Shown one piece after another: positions 1-7,274 of a stretch of 37,103 nt of DNA. This DNA is from a virus (taxonomy: Duplodnaviria; Caudoviricetes). Each line of letters begins with the position of its first letter. Within the stretch, counting starts at the first letter, position 1. The notes beneath the pieces are model-generated. The model did not search any database. It worked only from the letters and a program-made list of their open reading frames with translations, and was not told where the DNA came from. The translations under genes and the position numbers were made by a program. The DNA is taken from the IMG/VR virus record IMGVR_UViG_3300027819_000035, positions 1 to 37,103 of that record, one strand, 5' to 3'.

Positions 1-181
1 TGCCTGTTTGTGTCTTTGTAGTGGTTACTGTTCCCGCCGCCGCAACAACAATTCCATTGCCAACTACAGTAGGTTGTCCGCGCCGAAGATAATCAAATCC
101 GCCAGAATTAACTTTTCCAAGTTGTTTTGGAAGGACTTTTCCCCGTCTGAAAAAATCAAATGAAGAGGGGTTATTGGCCAT
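1..181 (-). CDS. Partial CDS (runs off left edge), probable virion protein
   Basis: ATG at 181, 12 nt after the stop of the 644-aa gene; open to the edge: MANNPSSFDFFRRGKVLPKQLGKVNSGGFDYLRRGQPTVVG...; internal repeat FD(F/Y)(F/L)RRG. Confidence 0.7.
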   Translation of the reverse strand, partial: MANNPSSFDFFRRGKVLPKQLGKVNSGGFDYLRRGQPTVVGNGIVVAAAGTVTTTKTQTG

Positions 182-193
182 ATTTTAACCCCT

Positions 194-2128
194 TTAAGTT
201 ACAGAAAAATCATCAAAAAAAGCACTACCTATTAGATTTCCCGTGGAATTTGAAACTAATCTTGCCGTAACAACGCCATTGCCGCTAGGAACAAAAGAAA
301 CAGTAATTCCTTGCCAAGTTCCTGAAGCCGCCGTCATTGTTCCAGTGTTATCATTAACTTGAATTTCAGAACCGTTCAAGATTTTCAACTGCGGCAAAGT
401 TCCGGTATAAAGATCATCATAATAACCAGAGATACCAACGGTATTAGAAACCCCGCCCGAAACAGGAATGTCAAAATCATGGTATCCTTGACCGATTATC
501 CTTAAGCTGTTCGGGCCGGTTTTAACAACGCCTGTTTCTTTTATACCAACATTAACAACTTCATAGGCTCCAACACAAACTCCAACAGAATGAATTCCTG
601 TGCCAATACCAGATTCACGATAGATATGATAAAGAGAAGTATTGTCAGGCGTTGTAGTCCATGTTATACCTGATTGCAAATGAATGGTTCTAGCCTCATT
701 CCCAGAAATTAAATACTGTTCTCCCGAAGCAGTGCCACTCATAATTTGAATAGCATAGCTTCTCCACATATTAGCGCCCCAAGCCGCCCCCGAATCTATT
801 ATATTAGTGGCATTTGCAGTGCTTGCTACGCCAACAGTGCTCATTTGACCTTGATATACTACGAAACGGCCACCGGCTGCGGGAACAGTTTCCCACGCTC
901 CATCTAAAACTAATCCCGTGGCTGAATTATTAGAAATACTCTTTGTCTGATACTTCCCCGCGCCTTCTGTTATTTTAAGAGTTTTACCGGCAAAATCACC
1001 GCTACCCCAATTTTGTCCAGCACTATTTAAGACATAATTAGCAACATTAGTAATTGTTCCCTCAGCTTTTAATTGAGTGGTTCCTTGCGGGCGGTCATTA
1101 CCAAGAATATCATTCCCAGATACAGGAACGATTGATCCAAATCCAATATATGGACTATCTTCATAAAAAGAACCATATGGTTTTAATGGCAAACCAATAA
1201 AAGATTCTTGACCTATTGAAAAATAATTAGGATAAGCAAAATTAGAAACAGAATGAGGCCCGATTGCTATATTAGTTCTAGCTGTAGTAGATTGAATTAT
1301 ATTATAATCCTCTATAATTTGTCCTAAAGTATTAGCATTTATTGCTGTTACTCCAATTGAAAAAATATAACAATTATAAACAAAACATGGAAAAGTAGAG
1401 GAATTATTAGCTGCTGTGGTCATAATTGTGCCTCTCAAAGAAGTACAATTTATAACTGTTACGCCTCCACCTTTAAAAGAATTACCACCTGACGTTGTAA
1501 CACCAACACATGTTGACGCCGCACCAAGAAAAATACAGTTTTTAATAATAAAATTAACATCATAATCTGCTACAGTAGAAGTAGGTAATGTAATAGTAAT
1601 AGCATTAGTATTTCCAGCAAAAAATAAACATTTATCAACAACCCAAAAAGAAGTAACATCGACGGTCCCAGTAAAATTAATCATTACACGTCCAGTGTTA
1701 TCTCCATTAAAAAACGCACAATTTCTAAAAGTAATATTAGTTGATCCAGCCGCCGCAGTAATACAGCCTGCGGCACCAGTAACAAAAACAATTTTCTCAA
1801 AAGTAAGAAAATCTCTATTATTAAGAGACAAAGGAGTAGTACCAGAGCCAGCTACACGATCATGAGTTGTATAACCCGTCCACCGAACCTCGCCTGCATC
1901 GCCCGTCATAAGTCCATCAACGTCGCCTATTATCTTTGTTTCTACTGTTGGCGAAACCATTGTAATAGAAATAGTTTCACGATACACGCCTGCTCCTATA
2001 AATAAAGTATCTCCCGATGCAATTCCTGATGTTCCGAATGCTTTCGATAGGGTGCGCCACGCAGCCCCAGCAGAAGTGCCTGCGTTGGAATCATTTCCTG
2101 TTTTACGGACATAATAATTTGTAGGCAT
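194..2128 (-). CDS. Right-handed beta-helix (pectin lyase-like) virion protein with C-terminal beta-rich domains
   Basis: N-terminal YYVRKTGNDSNAGTS..AWRTLSKA..ASGDTLFIGAGVY motif typical of parallel beta-helix starts; repeated xxNCxF coils; T/S/G/N-rich. Confidence 0.7.
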   Translation of the reverse strand: MPTNYYVRKTGNDSNAGTSAGAAWRTLSKAFGTSGIASGDTLFIGAGVYRETISITMVSPTVETKIIGDVDGLMTGDAGEVRWTGYTTHDRVAGSGTTPLSLNNRDFLTFEKIVFVTGAAGCITAAAGSTNITFRNCAFFNGDNTGRVMINFTGTVDVTSFWVVDKCLFFAGNTNAITITLPTSTVADYDVNFIIKNCIFLGAASTCVGVTTSGGNSFKGGGVTVINCTSLRGTIMTTAANNSSTFPCFVYNCYIFSIGVTAINANTLGQIIEDYNIIQSTTARTNIAIGPHSVSNFAYPNYFSIGQESFIGLPLKPYGSFYEDSPYIGFGSIVPVSGNDILGNDRPQGTTQLKAEGTITNVANYVLNSAGQNWGSGDFAGKTLKITEGAGKYQTKSISNNSATGLVLDGAWETVPAAGGRFVVYQGQMSTVGVASTANATNIIDSGAAWGANMWRSYAIQIMSGTASGEQYLISGNEARTIHLQSGITWTTTPDNTSLYHIYRESGIGTGIHSVGVCVGAYEVVNVGIKETGVVKTGPNSLRIIGQGYHDFDIPVSGGVSNTVGISGYYDDLYTGTLPQLKILNGSEIQVNDNTGTMTAASGTWQGITVSFVPSGNGVVTARLVSNSTGNLIGSAFFDDFSVT

Positions 2129-2147
2129 AAAAATTTATTAAAAAACT

Positions 2148-2396
2148 TTATACTCTTCCTTTTAATTTTTTATCCATTAACCAGTTTACAATTGTTTGCA
2201 TTAATTCTTGCATATCTTCATCAGAAAGTTTTGTCAAAATATTAGGAAAAACAATAGAGTTAGCACCGGTAAAATTTCGTATTACTTCGCCCGAATTGCT
2301 GTCGTTTACAGTTAAACTGATATTATACTGTGGAATAATAGCGTTTATTCTAGCATCAGGTAATTTTTCTATCTTAAAGTTTTGAAAGTCAGGCAT
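2148..2396 (-). CDS. Hypothetical protein (82 aa)
   Basis: ORF in late operon, AGAAAG motif 7 nt upstream. Confidence 0.7.
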   Translation of the reverse strand: MPDFQNFKIEKLPDARINAIIPQYNISLTVNDSNSGEVIRNFTGANSIVFPNILTKLSDEDMQELMQTIVNWLMDKKLKGRV

Positions 2397-2415
2397 AATT
2401 TTTCTTTCTCTATAA

Positions 2416-2808
2416 TTAACTTATTTTCATGATTCTTTTTACATTTGAACCTTCATTGTTTTTTCCTTCCCAGCCGAAATGATAGGACTGGATAGACTGT
2501 TCGATGCTTACTCCTACATTTACTGCTATTACATTTCGGCGGAAATAAATTAATTTCAAATCATGAACCGGCTCGTCATGAATAAAAAATGGAACTTGAT
2601 TAATCTCAAAATGACCATCGGCCAGATCAACTAAATATTCATTTTCTTCGTTATACAAAGCAAACGCCCGGACATTGGAGATTTCTTGAAGAACGTCGTA
2701 AAAACAGTTCTTTCCGGGGGTAAATTTTGAACAATCTTCTTGATTTTGTTCTAAAATGGTGCCATTATTGAGAAGTGCTCGGAAAAGATATTTGAATTGC
2801 GCGGCCAT
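2416..2808 (-). CDS. Hypothetical protein (130 aa)
   Basis: ORF downstream of GTGTAAT motif at 2851-2857. Confidence 0.75.
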   Translation of the reverse strand: MAAQFKYLFRALLNNGTILEQNQEDCSKFTPGKNCFYDVLQEISNVRAFALYNEENEYLVDLADGHFEINQVPFFIHDEPVHDLKLIYFRRNVIAVNVGVSIEQSIQSYHFGWEGKNNEGSNVKRIMKIS

Positions 2809-2850
2809 ATTGTATTATGTTTTTCAATTAATTGTATTTAACTACTGATA

Positions 2851-2857
2851 ATTACAC
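2851..2857 (-). promoter_or_regulatory. Putative late promoter motif GTGTAAT
   Basis: One of ten copies found, oriented toward the 2808 gene. Confidence 0.65.
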
Positions 2858-2895
2858 TTTTTTTTACTTTTTTGTAAATTAACTTAGTATGTGTT

Positions 2896-2983
2896 GGATA
2901 GCTTAAATAATGTCAAGGGAGAACCTTGAATACGGTTCCAGTGATTTGGTCGCCGTCATTAAACATGAGTTATCTTTTTTTTT
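2896..2983 (+). ncRNA. Candidate small structured RNA (three-way junction)
   Basis: Nested helices 2897-2905/2966-2974, 2908-2912/2957-2961, 2913-2918/2924-2929, 2932-2935/2953-2956, 2938-2941/2946-2949; TAGTAT at 2885-2890 upstream; T tract 2975-2983. Confidence 0.5.
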
Positions 2984-2984
2984 C

Positions 2985-3013
2985 TTGACTTTTTTCACAA
3001 TTTCTCTTATTAT
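2985..3013 (+). promoter_or_regulatory. Sigma70-type promoter, leaderless
   Basis: TTGACT-N17-TATTAT, ATG 6 nt after the -10 box. Confidence 0.75.
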
Positions 3014-3019
3014 CTTTTT

Positions 3020-3436
3020 ATGATAAAATTTAGAGTTTGGAACAAAGATCACTATGATCAAGGTTTCTGGACTTACCAAGACGGGGAATTAGATCATCAT
3101 TATACTTTGGTGTCAGATGTTATAGTTCAGCTTTCTACAAGACTCTTTGACAAAAACAAAAAAGAGATTTATGAAGGAGACATCTTATTGTATAGCTCTG
3201 AAAACCCCGCCGATAATGGTTTATATGTTTGTGAATACAAAACCAATGGTTATTTTTCAGGATTTGTATTTAATCACGTTAATAAATGTTACAAACATGA
3301 AGGCAATACTAATGAATTAGAAATTGTAGGTAACATTTTTGAAAATCCGAAACTCCTAAAATTAGAAAAAGTTTTTGCTAATACAAAAGACGCTCTAGCA
3401 TACGAAAATGAGAGAAGAAATAATAAACTGGTATAA
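3020..3436 (+). CDS. YopX family protein
   Basis: MIKFRVW start, LFDKNKKEIYEGDIL and LEIVGNIFENPKLL motifs. Confidence 0.85.
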   Translation: MIKFRVWNKDHYDQGFWTYQDGELDHHYTLVSDVIVQLSTRLFDKNKKEIYEGDILLYSSENPADNGLYVCEYKTNGYFSGFVFNHVNKCYKHEGNTNELEIVGNIFENPKLLKLEKVFANTKDALAYENERRNNKLV

Positions 3437-3650
3437 ACTAGAAGAAAAACTTCCTCCTTCTCTTATTTCTGTTATCTTCAAAGTAAAAATAAAATTCAAT
3501 GCCAAAAACGCCATCCGAATTGGTTATTACAATCCTCCTTTTGGATTTTATATCTGCGGGTTTAGAGAACAATATAATGTTCTTGACAATTTTGTCACCC
3601 CGGATAATAAATATCTTACCATTTTAGAGTGGACACAAATTGAAAAATAA
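3408..3650 (+). CDS. Small hypothetical protein, DUF551-like
   Basis: INWYKLEEKLPP start and ILEWTQI end resemble the DUF551 pattern. Confidence 0.55.
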   Translation: MREEIINWYKLEEKLPPSLISVIFKVKIKFNAKNAIRIGYYNPPFGFYICGFREQYNVLDNFVTPDNKYLTILEWTQIEK

Positions 3651-3662
3651 TGTAATATCTCT

Positions 3663-3953
3663 ATGACAACTAAAGAACATCTATCTCAGATCGAAAAAAT
3701 AGTATCTGACTTAAAAACAGAAAATCAAAAACTTATAGAAAACACAGCTAACCAAGTAGCTTCTATAAATGAAAAAATAGACAAAAAACACGAACCAATT
3801 TATCTTGAACAAGATATTTTAAGAACCTCGCATAATGATGGACTTTTTGACAAAGTTTGTAACGAACTAAAACAAGATTCTGTTTTTAAGGCAAAAATGT
3901 CCTTAGCCGTGGCAAAAGTAGTAGAAGAATGTCTTCAAGAAAAGAAACAATGA
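3663..3953 (+). CDS. Hypothetical coiled-coil protein (96 aa)
   Basis: ORF; possible TGGACA-N17-TAATAT promoter just upstream. Confidence 0.7.
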   Translation: MTTKEHLSQIEKIVSDLKTENQKLIENTANQVASINEKIDKKHEPIYLEQDILRTSHNDGLFDKVCNELKQDSVFKAKMSLAVAKVVEECLQEKKQ

Positions 3954-4111
3954 ACTGGCTCCTACATTTCAAACCCGCGTTTTGGCTGATAAATAAAAAA
4001 GAATATTATCTTTGTAAAACAAGAGTCCAAAGCGGAGTTGTAGTTACTGTTATCGACGATAAAGAAACTTATACATCTGAAGAAATTGGACAAATATTAG
4101 GAGGTAATTAA
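3950..4111 (+). CDS. Small hypothetical protein (53 aa)
   Basis: ATGA overlap with the upstream stop favours start 3950 over 3929. Confidence 0.6.
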   Translation: MNWLLHFKPAFWLINKKEYYLCKTRVQSGVVVTVIDDKETYTSEEIGQILGGN

Positions 4112-4165
4112 ATGAATAAACACACAAAACAAGCTTTCACTTTAGCGTTAGCCAGGGTGTACTAA
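4112..4165 (+). pseudogene. 17-codon ORF, possible remnant of a prepilin-type gene
   Basis: AGGAGG upstream; MNKHTKQAFTL resembles a class III signal start but lacks E5 and stops at once. Confidence 0.3.
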
Positions 4166-4184
4166 TTTTATTTAGTTACTTATA

Positions 4185-4191
4185 ATTACAC
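4185..4191 (-). promoter_or_regulatory. GTGTAAT motif facing antisense into the early cassette
   Basis: Exact motif, intergenic, back to back with the copy at 4261. Confidence 0.5.
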
Positions 4192-4260
4192 TTCAAAAAC
4201 GTCACAAACATACAAAAAATAGCCTCAGAAGGTCAGTATGGTCAACCAGTCTCCTTAATA

Positions 4261-4267
4261 GTGTAAT
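4261..4267 (+). promoter_or_regulatory. Putative late promoter motif GTGTAAT
   Basis: Exact motif 36 nt upstream of the ATG at 4304. Confidence 0.6.
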
Positions 4268-4303
4268 TAGTAATAGAAATAAAAAAAGAAAAAAGGAAAA
4301 AAC

Positions 4304-4441
4304 ATGTTTACAGTATTAATTATTGCAGTTCTAGTAGTTGCAGCGGCAGTTGGTGTGTTTATTTTCGCTAAAAATAGCCCTCAAACCACAGACAAAATTG
4401 ACAACGCCGCCAAAAGTGTTAAAAATATTTTCAAAAAATAA
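4304..4441 (+). CDS. Small single-pass membrane protein (45 aa)
   Basis: MFTVLIIAVLVVAAAVGVFIFAKNSPQTTDKIDNAAKSVKNIFKK; AAGGA RBS; below ORF-track cutoff. Confidence 0.75.
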   Translation: MFTVLIIAVLVVAAAVGVFIFAKNSPQTTDKIDNAAKSVKNIFKK

Positions 4442-4509
4442 GAATATTTTTACAAAATAGTTGACGGTTCTCAGATATTCTTTCCTTCGCGAAAAACTTA
4501 ACAATAAAA

Positions 4510-4631
4510 ACTAACAGTTGTTTTTAGAGGCAAATGGAGCAATAACCTGCTCCGATTCTGTTAGTGCCGTTTCTTGTTATATCTCAAAGCGTAGTTAGGT
4601 CACAAAACGGTTGAAAGCCCGAAGACTATGT
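4510..4631 (+). ncRNA. Candidate structured RNA or leader with pseudoknot potential
   Basis: Helices 4510-4517/4558-4565, 4536-4541/4548-4553, 4566-4571/4606-4611, 4589-4596/4624-4631 in a non-coding gap. Confidence 0.4.
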
Positions 4632-4635
4632 AAAT

Positions 4636-4791
4636 ATGGATTTTTTACAAATTTTTCTTATTACTTTTAATGTTATTGTATTAATTTCTTTTATTTCTTA
4701 TGAATATCTGCGGCGGCAAAAAGAATTTGAAAAACAAATTAGAGAAGCTATAGTCTGGAGACAAAAATTAGAAAAAACTCTGATCTTTTGA
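4636..4791 (+). CDS. Small membrane protein (51 aa)
   Basis: MDFLQIFLITFNVIVLISFISYEYLRRQKEFEKQIREAIVWRQKLEKTLIF; N-terminal hydrophobic helix. Confidence 0.65.
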   Translation: MDFLQIFLITFNVIVLISFISYEYLRRQKEFEKQIREAIVWRQKLEKTLIF

Positions 4792-4801
4792 AGTAAAAAT
4801 A

Positions 4802-5017
4802 ATGTGGACTAACATTACAACCCCGCCGCCAAAAAATGAAGTTGTTCTTTTTGCTTATAGATATAAAAATTCTTCGTGGGAAATAGCCCGTGGATATTAT
4901 TATGTTTATGACGGCAAAAAGGCTTTGAGAATAATAATCATAAATCATACTCTGTGGGAAGAAAATTTCCAGTATTTTGACATTTATTGGATGCCGCTAC
5001 CTGAAATGCCTGTATGA
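4802..5017 (+). CDS. DUF551-like protein
   Basis: MWTNITTPPP start, C-terminal YWMPLPEMP signature. Confidence 0.75.
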   Translation: MWTNITTPPPKNEVVLFAYRYKNSSWEIARGYYYVYDGKKALRIIIINHTLWEENFQYFDIYWMPLPEMPV

Positions 5018-5397
5018 AAAACCAAATTCTCACACAACTAGTTAACGAACTAAAAACTGAATGTAACCGATATACTAATGGTATCTGTCAAACTAACGCC
5101 TGTTTAACACGCGGCGGATATAAACGCGGCGAAAAACCAAACTATGAGACGGCAACCTGTGAACGACACGAACAAATTAAAGAACTTGAAATATTGCTTC
5201 CTAAAACCATGAAAACCTCAAAACAACTGGCCGAACATTATCTTAATAATCTTCTTGGCGGCAGAAAAGGTCTTAACTATAAAGACATAGTGCAAGACAC
5301 AGAGATAGAAAAAGCAATAGCAAAAGAATTAGAAGAATTTATAGAAGAAATTAGAGACAATGAGATTGATAAATTTCGTCAATACAATAAAGAATGA
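5014..5397 (+). CDS. Hypothetical protein (127 aa), possibly a fusion of two small ORFs
   Basis: ATGA overlap; Cys-containing N-half then an internal MKTSKQLAE start-like segment. Confidence 0.65.
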   Translation: MKNQILTQLVNELKTECNRYTNGICQTNACLTRGGYKRGEKPNYETATCERHEQIKELEILLPKTMKTSKQLAEHYLNNLLGGRKGLNYKDIVQDTEIEKAIAKELEEFIEEIRDNEIDKFRQYNKE

Positions 5398-5525
5398 GTT
5401 TTCCTTTAACTAACGACGGCAATATACGCAGATATGTACCATGACGCGCTTCAAAAGCGAGCTTGCGAGCGAACTGAGAAACTAATGGAACAAATAAACC
5501 GGCTCGCTGAACTCATGGCAAAAAA

Positions 5526-5744
5526 ATGAATTTCCCCTTAACCTGTCCTCACTGTAAAAAAGAAATAGAGATTGTTGTTGAAATCGAAAGTCCGTCCGAC
5601 TATTATTACGACAAAGAATGCCCCGAATGTAATAAAAAAATAGAAAAATATGACAAAAACAAAGATTTAGATATAGAAATAATGGAAGAAGTTTCTGAAT
5701 ATGAGATAGGAAAAAAAGAATATTATAGAGATTTGAAAGAATAA
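5526..5744 (+). CDS. Small zinc-ribbon protein
   Basis: CPHC...CPEC pairs, acidic tail. Confidence 0.75.
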   Translation: MNFPLTCPHCKKEIEIVVEIESPSDYYYDKECPECNKKIEKYDKNKDLDIEIMEEVSEYEIGKKEYYRDLKE

Positions 5745-5750
5745 TTTAAT

Positions 5751-5828
5751 GCGCCATTAGCTCACGGTAGGCAGAGCAGGCTCTTTATAAGGGTCAGGTA
5801 GATCGTTCGACCCGATCATGGCGTACCA
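5751..5828 (+). tRNA. tRNA-Ile (anticodon UAU)
   Basis: Acceptor GCGCCAT/ATGGCGT, D arm GCTC/GAGC, anticodon arm GGCTC-TTTATAA-GGGTC, T arm GATCG-TTCGACC-CGATC, encoded ACCA. Confidence 0.9.
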
Positions 5829-5836
5829 ATTTTTTT

Positions 5837-5913
5837 GGTCTAGTAGCTCAATTGGATAGAGCATTTGATTTCTAATCAAACGGTTGCAGATTCAAATTCT
5901 GCCTAGACTACCA
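5837..5913 (+). tRNA. tRNA-Arg (anticodon UCU)
   Basis: Acceptor GGTCTAG/CTAGACT, anticodon arm TTTGA-TTTCTAA-TCAAA, T arm GCAGA-TTCAAAT-TCTGC, encoded ACCA. Confidence 0.92.
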
Positions 5914-5943
5914 ATTTTCTATAATTCAAAAAGCAAAAAAAAT

Positions 5944-5971
5944 GCGAATTCAAGTTTCGCCTGGGCTACCA
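5944..5971 (+). pseudogene. Isolated tRNA 3' part (T arm, acceptor 3' strand, CCA)
   Basis: GCGAA-TTCAAGT-TTCGC-CTGGGCT-ACCA preceded by A-rich sequence with no D or anticodon arm. Confidence 0.7.
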
Positions 5972-6087
5972 GTTTTTAGAAATGATTATAGAAAACATTC
6001 TGACAGACGGAATAAGGAACAAAAACTTTATCTCCAGTTTTCGGGCCAGAAAATTTAAAAAAAATCAAGAAAATTTTATAAAAATCT

Positions 6088-6615
6088 TTAGCTCTCGTCA
6101 AAAGAGAGAGAAAAAGTACAAGTACTCGTATCACCCGGCGAAGCTGCCGAAGTTGTAAGCATTTGCAACGCACAGTATTGTGTATAACCCGAAGTAGTTA
6201 CAGTGCTTGCATTAGCTGCTTCAGGCCCAGCGGTTCCAAATAAAATAGTTTGACTAGCAGCAGCCGTTCCACTTGGAATCGTAATGTTCATTGCCGTGGC
6301 TCCCAAACTTGTTGTAGAAGGCGTACTATACCCAGAAGTTCCTGTAAATAAGATAGTTAAACCGTTTCCAAGAATTCCGGTAGAATGCCAAAATTTTCCA
6401 TTACTAATCGTATTAAAACTTCCCGTTAATGCTAAAAATTGCCATTTTGAGTAACTATTATTTCCCGTTGTGATAGGACTACTAGAATACGCGGTAGTGC
6501 TATCGTCAATATTCTTAAAGTTCACTTCCGATCTTCCTTGTACTCTAGTAGTTCCGCGAGGCGGACTTCCTACGGCTGCTCCATTATCTTCCCAGAAACT
6601 TGATATACTTGCCAT
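6088..6615 (-). CDS. Probable virion structural protein (175 aa, beta-rich)
   Basis: T/S/G-rich, ends FSLSFDES like a beta-sandwich last strand; in late operon. Confidence 0.65.
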   Translation of the reverse strand: MASISSFWEDNGAAVGSPPRGTTRVQGRSEVNFKNIDDSTTAYSSSPITTGNNSYSKWQFLALTGSFNTISNGKFWHSTGILGNGLTILFTGTSGYSTPSTTSLGATAMNITIPSGTAAASQTILFGTAGPEAANASTVTTSGYTQYCALQMLTTSAASPGDTSTCTFSLSFDES

Positions 6616-6686
6616 ATTCTTTTATTTTTTCCTTTTTTCTTCTTTTCTCTATTTTTTTCTCTCTCTATTAAATTATTTATTAATTA

Positions 6687-7115
6687 TTATGCCTCCCAGG
6701 CTATATAATTACTTGAAACCCCCGAAACACTCAAAAGTCCAGTTATTTGACCTTGATCGTTGGTGAAAATGCCTCCGTTTCCATCTCCCGTTGCTGTTCC
6801 AGCCTTCAAAACGGCACTCATAGACGCATTAGACGCGCCTGCTGATCCAAACTTGATATATAAAGGATTAATACCTAAATTTTGAACATAAAGATATTTT
6901 CTATTTGCATTTGCCCCGAAAACTGTTCCATTGACCGCCGCCCCGCTCATTGAATAATTTGATGGCTGACTAAGACTACTACCGGCTGAATCAGTAGAAT
7001 AAGCGGGCCGATAAACAGCCGCAACTGGATCATAAACTACTGAAACGTTTGATTTTAGCCCAGCCGGGGCGTGATCCCATTGCTCATTACCGTTTCCTGT
7101 TACGTATGTTGCCAT
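6687..7115 (-). CDS. Probable virion structural or decoration protein (142 aa)
   Basis: ANANRKYLYVQNLGINPLYIKFG pattern seen in small jelly-roll virion proteins; downstream of GTGTAAT. Confidence 0.6.
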   Translation of the reverse strand: MATYVTGNGNEQWDHAPAGLKSNVSVVYDPVAAVYRPAYSTDSAGSSLSQPSNYSMSGAAVNGTVFGANANRKYLYVQNLGINPLYIKFGSAGASNASMSAVLKAGTATGDGNGGIFTNDQGQITGLLSVSGVSSNYIAWEA

Positions 7116-7146
7116 ATTATTCTTTCAAATTTTTCCTTACTCCTTT

Positions 7147-7153
7147 ATTACAC
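7147..7153 (-). promoter_or_regulatory. Putative late promoter motif GTGTAAT
   Basis: Exact motif upstream of the 7115 gene. Confidence 0.65.
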
Positions 7154-7191
7154 CCTTTTTTCTTTATCTGGTGTAGTATAATTGAAAAAAT

Positions 7192-7265
7192 TGGTAGCGG
7201 AGGCTGGAGTTGCACCAGCAAAAGTCCAAGCTTATGAAACTAGACTGAATCTCATTCTCTCCGCA
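7192..7265 (-). tRNA. Atypical tRNA-like gene with CAU anticodon (Met or Ile2-like)
   Basis: TGCGGAG/CTCCGCT-ACCA acceptor, GAAT-GAG-ATTC mini D arm, TTCATAA loop, GCTGG-TGCAACT-CCAGC T arm. Confidence 0.75.
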
Positions 7266-7274
7266 AAAAAAGTT

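Noticed and set aside
4589-4631. Twister or pistol ribozyme resemblance (CGGTTGAAAGCCCG)
   Set aside because: The required P1/P2 and pseudoknot partners could not be assembled; kept only as an unassigned RNA candidate.
4620-4760. Group I intron P7-like pair AGACTAT/ATAGTCT and an S-like AAGCTATAGTCT
   Set aside because: The second half lies in a plausible 51-aa membrane ORF, no P3-P6 core was found and no gene is interrupted.
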